64,000 bases of DNA, taken from contig OX597828.1 of NCBI GenBank assembly GCA_951406725.2, forward strand, positions 60,884,001-60,948,000, written 5' to 3'. The notes beneath the pieces are model-generated. The model was given only the letters and a program-made list of their open reading frames with translations. It was not told the origin of the DNA and did no database searches. Made by a program: the position numbers and the translations under genes. Source of the stretch: Octopus vulgaris (Eukaryota). Of the stretch, positions 26,180-39,168 are shown piece by piece (the first letter of the stretch is position 1; each line of letters opens with the position of its first letter).

Positions 26180-27540
26180 GTCTTAGGAGAGAAGGTAATT
26201 GGTGATGCTGATGGAACGGTGGGGGTAGGGGGTTTTAGTGGGTGGGGTGTCGTCAATCGGGTTGCCGGGTGGGTCTGTAGTTTTTGTAGTTTGCATAAAT
26301 TTTGTGCATACAGTTTGGGGAGTGTTCCGAGATCTTGTTGAGGAGAGGGCCTTTGACGAACAAGATCTCGAGGCTCTCAGAAATGCAAAGGTCACAGCAG
26401 GTATGGCCTCCTGTGTCAGAACGCGCCCTCTGTAGTAGTTTCCACTTGATCTTGAAGGGTATGGAGTTCCTTTTAAGGTACCAGATATGGGCGGCGAGAG
26501 TAGTCTGGTTAGATTTGTCGGGTCGCCGGAACGAATGTGTGTGGGCGTACCAGCGAGTCTTAAAACTATTTGACGTCATTCCGATGTACGATTTTCTTTT
26601 ATCATCGGGGCCTGATCGTACATCGCATATGTAGACGAGATCCTTCTGTAGGCAGTTGTTGTTGAGGGGGCAAGTAGTCTTATCCGGGCAGTTGCAATTG
26701 CTGTCGGATGTTGGATGGGCTTCGGAAAAAGTAGATTTATTAAGTTTTTTACGTTATTGTTGGCTAGGTTCCTGGCTAGATTGGGTGTGGTGGAGTAGGA
26801 GAGTCTAATGGTGTTCTTATTAAGGATTGTGTAGTACTTATGTTGGGTGGGGAAGTGTTTTTGTAGGAGAGTGAAGAAAATTTTAGCTACAGGTGTTTCA
26901 ACTTCACGGTTGAAGGAGGGGTTGTACCAGCTAATGTGTCTTCGCCTATTTTTCCTGGGTTGGCGTGGGGCTATGCTAATGTAGGTGATCTTATCTTTAA
27001 AGCCACTGCGGGCCAGGGCCTCGTTGTAATAGGGGGCTGCGGCATTAAAGATATCTTCGGTGGCAGAAAGGCTAGATATTCTAATGGAGACACTTTTCAC
27101 TAAGTTGTCTAATATATTTTTGGGGTGGTTAGAATTAATGTCTATGTATCTAAGGGATTCATTTGGTGTATGGTACGGGTAATAAAGGGAGGTTTTTAAG
27201 TCGAGGGTAACGTCAAGGAAGTTAGCTTTGGTTAAGTTCGAATCTAAGGTAATCCTAAGGCCTAAGTTTTTAAAAAAAGTGTAAAGGTTTTTCCGGAACC
27301 CATCCGTGGTCCTGGGGTTTATTTTGTGGAGGGCAAAAAGGCCATCATCGCGGTAGAGACCACCGGAGAGGCCTGTGAATAGGGTCTTCAGCATATGGAG
27401 GATGAAAAGGCCCACAAGGCCACTTATTTCAGCCGAGTCGCTAGCACCCATGCTGACGTCGAAGGGGGTCACGGATTTTTTGTTGATCCAGTGGGATCCG
27501 TCATGGTAAAGAAAGGTCTTATGTGCATGGAGGATTACAT
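26180..27540 (-). mobile_element. 5'-truncated Penelope-like element: RT plus GIY-YIG endonuclease, frameshifted
   Basis: FDVSMGASDSAEI.GLVGLFIL, GLYRDDG (catalytic), NFLDVTL, SNHP, WYNP.F; then FKTRWYAHTHSF, T.LA.HIW.LK, IKW, CDLCISE. Confidence 0.92.
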
Positions 27541-27571
27541 CTTATATATATATATTTTTATCTATATATTG

Positions 27572-27680
27572 GGTCATCCCATAAATAATGCGGTTTTTTC
27601 ACTTGCATGAACAAAAAGTCGGATGGGGACGGGATAAACTACCTTCATCAACTTGCTATAAAAGCAGGTAATAATTTTAG
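27572..27680 (+). mobile_element. Solo mariner-type terminal fragment
   Basis: ta-ttgggtcatcccataaataatgcggttttt resembles a mariner TIR; no partner found. Confidence 0.4.
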
Positions 27681-27764
27681 ATGAACTGAGGTAAGAATGA
27701 AAGTAATAAAAGTCATTATTGTGAATTGTTAAAGAGATTTAAAAGCATACCGGACAATAGTGTA

Positions 27765-28032
27765 ATTAATAAAATATTTGTATACATACAAACATATATG
27801 TACGTACCGACATCTACATGTATATATACATGCATATATAAATATAAATACGTACAGGACACCACAAAAAGACGTAGAACTCAACAGAAACGAAAACGGA
27901 AAAGCCATTTTGTTACAACAGAAAGACAGAGACGTGGAACAGGACGAGAGCGAAAACGGGAAAAACATTATTTACAACAGAAAAACAAGGTACAGGACAT
28001 GCTACACAAGGAAAAATCCCCTTCATCAGCTG
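27765..28032. repeat. Diverged copy of the 37.9/38.75 kb repeat family (family D)
   Basis: Shares aaacatatatgtacgtacc..catgta...tacaggacacca.aa..gacgt.gaac..aa..gaaacgaaaac and ...cccttc.tcag. Confidence 0.65.
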
Positions 28033-28222
28033 ATATATATATGTGTGTGTGTGTATCTACTTTGTGGTGCCGTATATATGTATATATATCATCATCATCA
28101 TCATCATCATTTAACGTCCGTTGTCCATGCTGGCATGGGTTGGACGGTTTGACCAAAGCTGTTAAGCTGAAGGACTACTACAGACTTGGCTGTTTCTTCG
28201 GCTGGATGCAATTCCTCACGCC

Positions 28223-28350
<128 letters not shown>

Positions 28351-28394
28351 TGTTATATTTCGGAATGGTCATATTGCCAGTTTAGCCAATAAAC

Positions 28395-28429
<35 letters not shown>

Positions 28430-28497
28430 TCATATTTATATGTATATGTGTGTGCGTGTGTGTATATATACTTTATGTATTTATATGTACATATATA

Positions 28498-28587
<90 letters not shown>

Positions 28588-28601
28588 TAGATAGATAGTG
28601 A

Positions 28602-28940
28602 AGGCGCATGGCTCAGTGGTTAGAGCGTCGAGCTTACGATCGTGAGGTTGTGAGCTCGAATCCCGGACCAGGCTGCGTGTTGTGTTCTTGAGCAAAGCAC
28701 TTTATTTCACGTTGCTCCAGTTCACTCAGCTGTAGAAATGAGTTGCGACGTCACTGGTGCCAAGCTGTATCGACCTTTGTCTTTCCCTTGGATAACACTG
28801 GTGGCGTGGAGAGGGGAGGCCGGTATGCATGGGCGACTGCTGGTCTTCCATAAACAACCTTGCCCGGACTTGTGTCTAGGAGGGTAACTTTCTAGGTGCA
28901 ATCCCATGGTCATTCATGACCGAAGGGGGTCTTTACCCTT
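28602..28940 (+). mobile_element. tRNA-derived SINE family E
   Basis: tRNA-like head ggcgcatggctcagtggttagagcg...gagctcgaatccc; central domain gtgttcttgagcaa.gcacttta...; tail ctttaccttt. Inserted in (TA)n. Confidence 0.78.
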
Positions 28941-29662
28941 TATATATATATATATATATACATACCTGCGTGGGTGTATGTATATACATACATGCATACA
29001 TACATATACAAACATACATTATATGGTGATATTTTCAACCGAGATGTTACAATCCTATCTGATTTTTCAAGTGCTTCAGTTCTGTGTATGGACATCTATT
29101 TACAAGACTGCTGACATTTATGAAAGGTTTTCTCCAGTGTGTTTTTGTGCCATTTTCTGTCATTAATAAAATTGTTAGCATTTTTACCGACACGTGTATG
29201 CTAGTAAATATATATTATAGGTGTGGGTGAAAAATACAAGCAAAATAATGTAGATTATGTCAAGAATAAAAAATTGCAAGAATTAAAACATAAGTAATTC
29301 TAAAATTAAAATTGACGTTGAAATAACGGAGAGAAAAAAGGATGGAGAAGAGAGAGAGAGAGAGAGAAAGAGAGAGCGAGAGAGAGAGAGAGAACGAGAG
29401 CAAGGAATGGTGAACGAAGAGATGACGTAGAACGCTACATTTATGTGTATGTATTGAATCTTGCTTATGGCGAAACGCTGGGGAATGTGATAATGTTGAT
29501 AGCTTGATAGAAAGAGAGATAATACAAAGTATACTGAGGGGGAGTAACATTTAGAAAGACTATTAGAAAACAATTAGTAATGAATGAAAGCTCGAACTCA
29601 CAAACACAGCAAAAGGTTATAAGCAAAAATACGGTATACCAACAAAAAATTTGTAAAACTTC

Positions 29663-29713
<51 letters not shown>

Positions 29714-29725
29714 AGTGTGTGTGTG

Positions 29726-29771
<46 letters not shown>

Positions 29772-31031
29772 CAGAGTGTAACAGGTAAATTGGGACCATT
29801 TAAATATCTTTAATATAACTGGTATAACTCAGAAAAATCAAACACTACTAGTTTTATTATTTTCTGCCAGTTTATTGTCGAGTGTTTAGCACTTATTTCA
29901 GTTCAATGTTACCATCATTTGCATTCTTTACCAGTTCATTCCGTGTACGAAATGATGCGCGGCGTGCCTTAACTATTTCTTCTTTTTCATTTTACTGAAT
30001 GCTCCCTTGATCGAAGCCTTCAGTACTGACACACATTTGTGAGAAGTTATGTTGGATATTGCTTCAGCTGCGCTCCATAGCCAAAACTCACACGGATTCG
30101 AATCTGGCCAGATATCTTTAGGGACAAACACGGGCAATTCCTTCTTCAAAAATTCTTGCACTCTTTTCGAAAAATGGTCTGTTGCAGAGTCTTGTACAAA
30201 CATGATTCCACTTGCCTCATAATGCTTCCTAATCCAAGGCAACAAAACTTCTAAGATTTTCAGATATTCTGCTGTGTTGATTTTAAGAACCGCTTCAATA
30301 AAATGAAGACGCATCAATTTCCCATCATTTGCAACTGCTCCAAAGACCATAACGGAAGCGGGATTCTTGCTATGCATAGCTGAAGGAACTTGGGAAGGGT
30401 CTACGCTATCACTCGTGAGTTTTGACGGTTTGCAACTTCGTCTATCATGAACTTGTTTTCATTCACGAAGATGCGGACGTCTCTGCCACAATATTTCAGA
30501 TGGCTAAGAAGTTTGGGACATCTTTCAGCTTTAAGTTTTAGAGTGGGTAGTTAGGATGTTACGGTGCCTCCTCACGTACGATTTCATATGGAGGTCTTGT
30601 CTTGCACCCTAGAAACTGTCATTTTACTGATTCCTCGATCTTGAGCCAACTTCACCATCAATTTTGATAGGTTCGACTCAATCGATCTTTCAAGTCCTTT
30701 TAAGACGCGAGGTGTACGTTTTCGGTCACTATGAGGACTGTGAGGCTTTCTCTGAACATCCTTACTTTTATTCAAATTGGCTACAACTCTAAAAGTAGTA
30801 GATCTGGCATATTTTGTGGATCTAACAATCTCCCCAGCACTTTTGTCTGCACAGAATAATTCGGCAATTACACTTCTACAGTTTAATTCTTTATTAACAT
30901 TCATAGTTTGTTCAATCTGAAATACAAAATAGTACAGGTGATTATTCAAGCTGGTAATATTTAAAATTTAGACACCATCAATTAGAAATATACCCATTTG
31001 AAATTTGTCCCTACTTACCTCATACACCCTG
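29772..31031 (-). mobile_element. Full-length but decayed Tc1/mariner (maT/DD37D-like) transposon
   Basis: TA|CAG(A/G)GTGTA..AGGTAA.T.GGGAC TIRs at both ends; HTH region ORF 30584-30949; KNPASVMVFGAV, INTAEY, FVQDSATDH, WP.DSNPCEFWLW. Confidence 0.88.
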
Positions 31032-31241
31032 TATATATATGTGTACATGGTAGAGTAGATTATAAATTGAAACACTCATCACCCACCTATGAAAGGTATA
31101 TTTTTTATCCTGCAAACAGCAAGAAAGGGGTAAATGGACAAACATCAACATGGTCTAGTTGTTTCAGTTTCAATTGTAACAGTTATATCTATTTGTATAC
31201 ATACAAGCATAGACTCGTTATAGTGAACAAAGGCTTAACCT

Positions 31242-31930
31242 CGAGGGTGAGTAAAAAATTATAGGCGCTCTTGTTTCTGTAATTCATTAAAACAGAAGCA
31301 GGAGTTAAACAAATGCATTATTTTCGACATAGTCACCTTGCTTTTCGATGCATTTCTTCCAGTGGTCCACAAGCTTGCTTATACCATTGCAAAAGAAGGT
31401 CTGTAGCTGATCGCACAGCCATTTATGTACCATTTCCTACGCTCTTCGTCCGTAACAAAGCTATGACTTCGTAAAGGATGTTTGAGTGGTCCAAAGAAGT
31501 GATCCGGACGGACTGTATACTCCGGACTGTTCCAGTAACTCGAAACCAAATCTTTCAATGGTTTCAACTGTGTGGGCGGCTGTATGTGGCCGTGCATTAT
31601 CATGCAACTATAACACTTGCTTTGACAATAGACTCTGGCGTTTGGGGTAAATTGCTGATTTCAGTTTGTTGGCCAGCATTTCACTATAGCCTACACTAGT
31701 GACAGTAGACCCCTTTTCCAGGTAATGTTCTAGTATAGACCCTTTTGCGTCTCCACCGATCTACTAATACACACTTCTATGCGGCAGAGAACTGTCTCCA
31801 TATTATACTGAAAGCCTGCGATGAATTTTAGTCCCAGACGCACCTTCAGATCAGAGAAATCGGATCTCTGATCTCCGTTCTTCCATGGTGCACACTGCCG
31901 GCGGAACAACATTATTTACTCTGTGACACA
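31242..31930 (-). mobile_element. Mariner (DD34D-like) remnant
   Basis: Terminus cgagggtgagtaaaaaattat; SPEY..DHFFGPLKHPLR..F..DEE; LVDHWKKCIEKQGDYVEK C-terminus. Confidence 0.72.
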
Positions 31931-32076
31931 CACAAAAAATAGTGGTTATTATGCAACTCAAACAGTGATAGACGTAAACCAAAACATAAACAACAAATAA
32001 TATATATTTTTATAAAACATATAACTAGATCTCAAAAGGTATAAAAATGAATGATCAATATATGATAAGTAAAAAA

Positions 32077-32176
32077 AACTACGTACGTTTCATGGCTACA
32101 ATTAAATTCGAATTACAATTAAGTTTAAATTCAATTGAAATAAATTCGATTTAAAATTATAGCCAATCTTCAGGTT
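32077..32176 (-). ncRNA. Type I hammerhead motif with long stem II
   Basis: AAC-CUGAAGA-U-UGGCUAUAAUU...AAUUGUAGCCA-U-GAAAC-GUAC-GUA^-GUU. Stem II has 11 bp plus an extension (UCGAAUU/AAUUCGA); stem III is the palindrome ACGUACGU. Confidence 0.72.
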
Positions 32177-32798
32177 AATGATAATAGTTAAATAAATAAG
32201 CAAATAGAGTTAAACAATATTTATTTTAAAAATAAATAAAATAATAATTTTTCTTATAGAAAAAACTCCATTAACTAAATTTGTAACTTAAAACATTAAG
32301 ATTATTTCCTACAACACATTTATTATGTTAAAGACTTAATTTTTAAAATAAAAAAATTTATATAGATATGTATTTATCTGGGAAGATATAATTTGGCTAA
32401 AAAAAAATAATAAACTATCGAATATCTTTAACTCCAATATTTAATTACCAAATTATTTAACAAATTAATCTCTATTAATATTTTTAGAATTAAGTTCACA
32501 TCTAATAATTATAAAATAATAAATACATAAAAATAAGTATCTAAATTATATCAACAAATATAGTAGTTAAAAATCCAAAATTTTCTCTATCAATAAATAT
32601 ATAAACATATAACAAAAAATAAATTAGTCCATTATTACATACATAAATATTATAAATATCTATAGAATGTATTTATGAAATACAATTTAAAAATTGAAAA
32701 ATAAAATTAAAAACGTATAACCTATCTTTAAAAAAATCTTTGAACTCAGAACGTAACGACACACGAAATACCCAAAGAATCTCGTCTGGCGTGCTAAC

Positions 32799-32858
<60 letters not shown>

Positions 32859-33179
32859 CAGGCACTATTACACATAGATGCCTCACGTTAGGAGGGACCT
32901 TAAAGTCAAAACTACTAAAATAAACACTTTGTACCGAAACAATTCTCGAAGCAAGTCATTTAAAAACAGAATTTAGCCACATATCACACTGTGATTTCGT
33001 AATCAGCGCAATAATATGCGCTCTTTACTCTTCAGTGTGTGCATAATTCAAGATATATAATGAATGAACAAAAACAACATACCAAGCGAACAGCTATCGT
33101 ATCCAGCGCAGCATGTAGGAATGTTTATCCCTTATACATCTATGTAACGAGACACAGAAATACAACACAAATTTAACCT

Positions 33180-33880
33180 AAACAACTGTCAAGAATTAGT
33201 GTTGCACTGGGATAGAAAGCTGCTCCCAGTACTCACAGGCGTTGAAAAGGTTGATAGATTGGCAATAATAGTAACTTTTAAAGGCAAGTAGCAATTGTTG
33301 GGAGTCCCTGAAATTCCAACATCTTCAGGAGAACAGCAAGCCATGGCTGTTTACCAAGCAGTGGAGAAGTGGGGTATAACCGACAAAATTCAGGCACTTT
33401 GCTGTGATACAACAACAAGCAACATAGGTCGAGTGAATCGTACCAGGACAAATCTAGAAAAGTTGTTCAATCGCGACCTGTTGTACTTCCCTTGCCGTCA
33501 TCACATTTCTTAGTTTTTAGGAGCTTTTTTGACTCACTGATGGGTGCAACACCTGGCCCAGACATGGCATTTTTCTAAAGATTTAAAGAAACCTGGACGA
33601 AACTCAACAAGAAGGTTTACATAACTGATAGCAACGAAGTGTCTGATGATGTCCGCTCTACTATTCTTGGATTTCTTGAATACCAGCTTTCTACGCAGAA
33701 ACAACAGCGAAATGATTACCGAGAATTGTTGGAGTTAACGATGATCTTTCTTGGTGGCATTCCGATGAACGGGATATCGTTTCGTACACTAGGAACTGTA
33801 AGTCATGCCAGGTGGATGTCAGAAGCAATTTACGCATTCGAGATATACCCGTTTCAAGATCAATTTCAGTTATTTCCTAG
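33180..33880 (+). mobile_element. hAT-superfamily (hATm-like) transposase pseudogene fragment
   Basis: LVLHWD.KLLP, KVDRLAIIV, LLGVP, CCDTT.SN.G, LE....RDLLYFPCRHHI, QRNDYRELLEL, SHARWM..AIY; contains stops. Confidence 0.78.
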
Positions 33881-34627
33881 GGAAATTCTTTATTTTTCCG
33901 CTCTGATAAAGTTCCACTATTTAAGTCGGTATAATTATTTACAGTAATAATTATTATTATTATTAATAATTAAGCCTGATTATGCCCAAAATAGCGCGAA
34001 CAGAAACAGCTGTTAGATGAGATAGTCTTTTTTTTTGTAATCAATAAATAATAATTGATGCTTATCAATTATCAAATTTATGTCCATTTTCTTTTTTCCT
34101 TATACACACACACATACACACACGCACACACACACACACACACACATATATACATATGTGTATGTATGTACGTATGTATGTACGTATGCATGTGTATGTG
34201 TATCTTTGCATCTGTGTCTGTCCCCCTCCCCCACCTCTTGACAACACGCCTTGGGCATAATCAGGCTTAATTATTACAATAATAATAATTATTACTGTAA
34301 ATAATTATACCGACTTAAATAGTGGAACTTTATCAGAGCGGAAAAATAAAGAATTTCCCTAGGAAATAACTGAAATTGATCTTGAAACGGGTATATCTCG
34401 AATGCGTAAATTGCTTCTGACATCCACCTGGCATGACTTACAGTTCCTAGTGTACGAAACGATATCCCGTTCATCGGAATGCCACCAAGAAAGATCATCG
34501 TTAACTCCAACAATTCTCGGTAATCATTTCGCTGTTGTTTCTGCGTAGAAAGCTGGTATTCAAGAAATCCAAGAATAGTAGAGCGGACATCATCAGACAC
34601 TTCGTTGCTATCAGTTATGTAAACCTT
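33612..34627. repeat. Near-perfect 378-bp inverted duplication (33612-33989 / 34251-34627)
   Basis: Identical 102-aa ORFs on opposite strands. The only differences I see are in the (ATT) tract. Confidence 0.95.
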
Positions 34628-35012
34628 ATATGTCCCCGTAACTTAGCATTTTGGCATAAGAGTCTGATAGGATAAGTACTAAGATTAAAACATAAGTGCT
34701 AGGGTCGATTTGTTCGACTAAAACCCTTCAAGTGCTGCCCCAGCATGGCCGCAGTCAAATGACTATCCACTGATATGGCTTTGATCGGCTGAAGGCAATA
34801 GTGGAAGACGCTTGTCCAAGGTGCCACACAGTGGGACCGAACCCAAAACCATGTTGTTAGGAAGCAAACTTCTTAGCACACAGCCACGCCCGCGCCTATA
34901 TATGACACAATGCCTGATGATGCAGAGATGTATTTGAATGATACTACAGTTGAAGGAAGTATAAATAATAACAGAAATAAAAATAACACACACAATAGTA
35001 GTAGTAGGAGTG

Positions 35013-35087
<75 letters not shown>

Positions 35088-35090
<3 letters not shown>

Positions 35091-35551
35091 GATGGGCTAC
35101 AGCAAATATTCTGCTCAATACCACAGATTTGCTTGTCAGTTGTTTGACCTTAACCAGTTGAGCATGTCCCTTAGTGGCTGACGATATGTGCATTTCTGAT
35201 CACGAGCAGAAGTAGTGGGGGAGCATCATAGCCATGTGTTGAGAAGGATTCTTTGGGGTTTGAATAATTCACCTCTGGAAACATGGGTGTTTCGTTCAAC
35301 GTCCTTAAACAACCCTTATTCAGGGACCTTTTGAGCGGGATGGGTTACTCGATCTGAAGAAAATTCTAACTGGGCTCCACCTGCAAGGTCAGGTGCTGTT
35401 TATCTTGATATGAGATCACCATGTCGCGCACATATGGTTGTGTTGCATGTGCCTGGTGTACCCTTATCAGACGGGTAGTCATGATGGGTATACTGGGCTT
35501 CGTATATTTTACCCCAGTGTCACTTTGATGGCATGCTCTGCTCACTCACTC
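35088..35551 (+). mobile_element. Family C, 5'-truncated copy within (AAT)n
   Basis: Reverse complement of about 2919-3383; (AAT)n on both sides. Confidence 0.82.
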
Positions 35552-35602
<51 letters not shown>

Positions 35603-35617
35603 TATAATAGTAATAAT

Positions 35618-36065
35618 GCTCCTGGTTGCAATTGTAAAGTTAAATCCCACTGTCCGTTATTAGGCCGTAATTTATAAATGTACAATCATAACTGAGGCTG
35701 GTAACTTTATATATATAGGATATGTAGGTAACTTTATATATATATAGGATATATAGGATAAATATGAAAAAACGTATCAGTAACCTTTTTTCATCTTTTA
35801 GATTCAAACATAACGCCAATTGTACGTCCTTATCTAGCAAGATTTGGGAACTTAAGGGAAGCGGGATCGAATTTTGCCTTAAATGAGATATAATACGGAA
35901 AGTGCAGCCTTATAGAGATAGCCGGTACGGGTGTGAGGTGCGCTCTATGGAAACTTATGAGATTTTTAAGTATAGGGACAAAAACAACCTGATTAATAAT
36001 AGATTAGACCTAAGGGTATCATATGTGCATAGCATCACCCGTATATTTAAGTATTTTCGAAATTA
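35618..36065 (+). mobile_element. Penelope-like GIY-YIG fragment
   Basis: CNCKVKSHCPLLG.., NFIYIG, MKKRISN..SSFRFK, TSLSSKIWELK, C.V...ETYEI. A short tandem duplication sits at the YIG motif. Confidence 0.72.
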
Positions 36066-37205
36066 GCGATTATAGGTGCCATACTTGAACTTTGATGGTG
36101 GAAATTTATTTTGGTGTCGTATCCGTTGTAAACTTACCCTCTAGTATTAAATATAATACGATCATGGATATTGAGTTAAATGGTGAATTAAATTGCACTG
36201 CATATGTTATAAGCTATATGTTTATGGTATGTGATGTGCTGTATGTAATTACTATCCCATGTAAACTTCTGCCGAGTTAGTCTGACTTCATCATATTTTT
36301 GGTGATTAAACTACTTTTTCCTTTCTATGATGTTCTACCCTACTAATCATATTATGTATATTTGTATTGGCTTTTATGTTAAGTAAATCTCCTAATCCCG
36401 CTAAAAACTATATAATTATATATGTAATAGCACCTGTAACATTGCAACTTATAAAACCTCTTCGATCTGAATACCTCTAACTACCCTCACTACGCCCATA
36501 CTTACTACTTCCTCTTTCTAGGTTACCTTTATCTCTTCCCTACCTCAAATTTTAATACCCTGTCTCTTTAAATGTAGGTTATATATATTTCTTATTATTT
36601 CCTGTGAATTCTTATCCATACCTAATAACCTCTTATTCCTTATAGATTGTTATCTTTCTTGTTCGTAAATAGATACTTCTTAGTTACTTAAGTCTATGCG
36701 GGATGGTTATATTATATCTATATAAACGTATGAATATTTGTGTATGTGTGCATGTGTGCACATAGAGAAATATGTGTGTGTATCTGTACACATCTTTATT
36801 TTTTCTGATTCTTGGTTTATAATTAATATATAGATAGCATGTTTATCTTCCCAGTATTCCATAAATGCCCTGAAACCGCCTAACACGTAAATAATTAGAA
36901 ACCACCTAATACGTGAATAATCAGTTTTAATGTTGAAAATTGATATATACACACATTTTACCTATTTTGGTTATGACATCATTTTTGATAATCTTTAATT
37001 ATGTTTTATTTCATTTTATTTTTATACCACATAATATTGTTTATAAACAATAGTACCTCATAATAAAATTTCCTCTGTATTAACATCATAGGTTTTATTA
37101 GCGTTTTATTAGCGTAATTAACGTCATGATTTAGGGTCTTTTCCTACCCAGCCTCCTTTTATAGACAGTTGCTCTATACATACATACATATAAATACACA
37201 CACAC

Positions 37206-37259
<54 letters not shown>

Positions 37260-37391
37260 GCACACATATATACATATGCATATATATATATACACATACA
37301 TACATATATATATATATGTATATATACATATATATACATATATACATATATATATACACATATATATATACATAAATATACATATACATTT

Positions 37392-37610
37392 TCTCTTTTA
37401 CTCTTTTACTTGTTTCAGTCATTTGTCTGCGGCCATGCCGGAGCACCGCCTTTAATCGAGCAACTCGACCCCGGGACTTATTCCTTTGTAAGCCCAGTAC
37501 TTATTCTATCGGTCTCTTTTGCCGAACCGCTGAGTAACGGGGACATAAACACACCAGCATCGGTTGTCAAGCTATGCTAGGGGACAAACACAGACACACA
37601 AACACACACA

Positions 37611-37666
<56 letters not shown>

Positions 37667-37866
37667 TATATAAAGAAGCCCGTCGTATATATATACATAT
37701 ATACGACGGGCTTCTTTCAGTTTCCGTCTACCAAATCCACTCACAAGGCTTTGGTCGGTCAGAGGCTATAGTAGAAGACACTTGCCCAAGGTGCCACGTA
37801 GTGGGACTGAACCCAGAACCATGTGGTTGGTAGACAAGCTACTTACCACACAGCCACTCCTGCGCC
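37392..37866 (-). mobile_element. SINE family A copy with an internal palindrome at 37672-37717
   Basis: Family A match; contains aaagaagcccgtcgtatatat-atac-atatatacgacgggcttcttt. Confidence 0.85.
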
Positions 37867-37867
37867 T

Positions 37868-37905
<38 letters not shown>

Positions 37906-37914
<9 letters not shown>

Positions 37915-39168
37915 TAAATAAAATAAAACATATGCATATATATAAACATATATGTACGTACCTACCTCTACATGTACATATACACGCATATATGAGTACA
38001 GGACACCAAAAGGACGTCGAACACAATGAGAAACGAAAACATAGACACAAACCAAAGGAACTGGGCATTTTTTTAAAAACAACAAAAAAATAGAGTACAG
38101 GACAATTAACACAAAGAAAAAAACCCTTCTTCAGTCGCTATGGTTTCATCTACTCTACGTTTCGAAGGATAAAAGCGAGACGTATCTTCGACAAGAAACT
38201 TTCCTTCCTGCGAAAAGCAAATCAATTAAAATTCTGAGATCTTTTCGCAGAGGGGTAAAAAATGGTAACAAAAACAGGACAGTAACGACAGTACAAATTA
38301 TAAACAGTAAAAGACAGGACAAGGAAAAACAAGATAAGAAGGGCTGTTAACGCCGAACGAAAAAAAGTATTGTGAACGCGGAATTTTTTATGAACGACGA
38401 GCGGAGCAAAAAGAATTGTCGTCCATTACCTTGAGAGGTCCAGGCCAGAAAGACAGCAGCGGAAGTCTCGTCGCGGGTGAACGACGGGAGGGGGGAGGAG
38501 CAAGAGAAAAGGAGAGAAGAAGGGGAATGGCTGCGAGGAAACCATGAAGAATGTAGAGGGAGAGAGAGAGAGAGCGAAGAATGAGAGAGAGGAAGAGACA
38601 AGTTAAGTAGAGGAAAAGGAAATCAAAGAATGAAGGCTGAGAAAGGGATGGGACAGAAAGGTTAAGAGTGCGCATCAAAGTTAATATCAAGAACAAAACT
38701 TGATATAAAGAACAATCTTACCTAAAGGGGTGCGTGCGTTTCGTCATATAATATATTAATAAATAAAATAAAACATATGCATATATATATAAACATATAT
38801 GTACGTACCTACCTCTACATGTACATATACACGCATATAAAGAGTACAGGACACCAAAAGGACGTCGAACACAATGAGAAACGAAAACATTGACACAAAC
38901 CAAAAGAACTGGACATTTTTTAAAAACAACAAAAAAATAGAGTACAGGACAATTAACACAAAGAAAAAAACCCTTTTTCAGTCGCTATGGTTTCATCTAC
39001 TCAACGTTTCGAAGGATAAAAGCGAGACGTATCTTCGACAAGAAACTTTCCTTCCTGCGAAAAGCAAATCAATTAAAATTCTGAGATCTTTTCGCAGAGG
39101 GGTAAAAAATGGTAACAAAAACAGGACAGTAACGACAGTACAAATTATAAGCAGTAAAAGACAGGACA
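37906..39168. mobile_element. Non-coding element: two highly similar direct repeats of about 415 bp (37906-38321, 38751-39168) around a spacer of about 430 bp
   Basis: Direct alignment by eye shows few substitutions; flanked by (TA)n and (CA/TA)n. Confidence 0.8.

Noticed and set aside
28602-28675. tRNA gene (likewise the heads of families A, B and F)
   Set aside because: A/B boxes are present, but there is no complete cloverleaf and the head runs straight into a SINE body.
32000-32720. Extremely AT-rich stretch as a possible mitochondrial insertion
   Set aside because: No mitochondrial tRNA, rRNA or protein motif recognised; the HHR fold points to a PLE-type repeat.
33639-34600. Two identical 102-aa ORFs as a gene pair
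   Set aside because: A fragment of a stop-ridden hAT transposase copied by an inverted duplication; the start codon is GTG.
38123-38167. Possible type II hammerhead on the minus strand of family D (CCUUC-GAAACGUA...CUGAAGA-AGGG)
   Set aside because: No stem I can form, the stem II register is off, and the second copy reads CUGAAAA.
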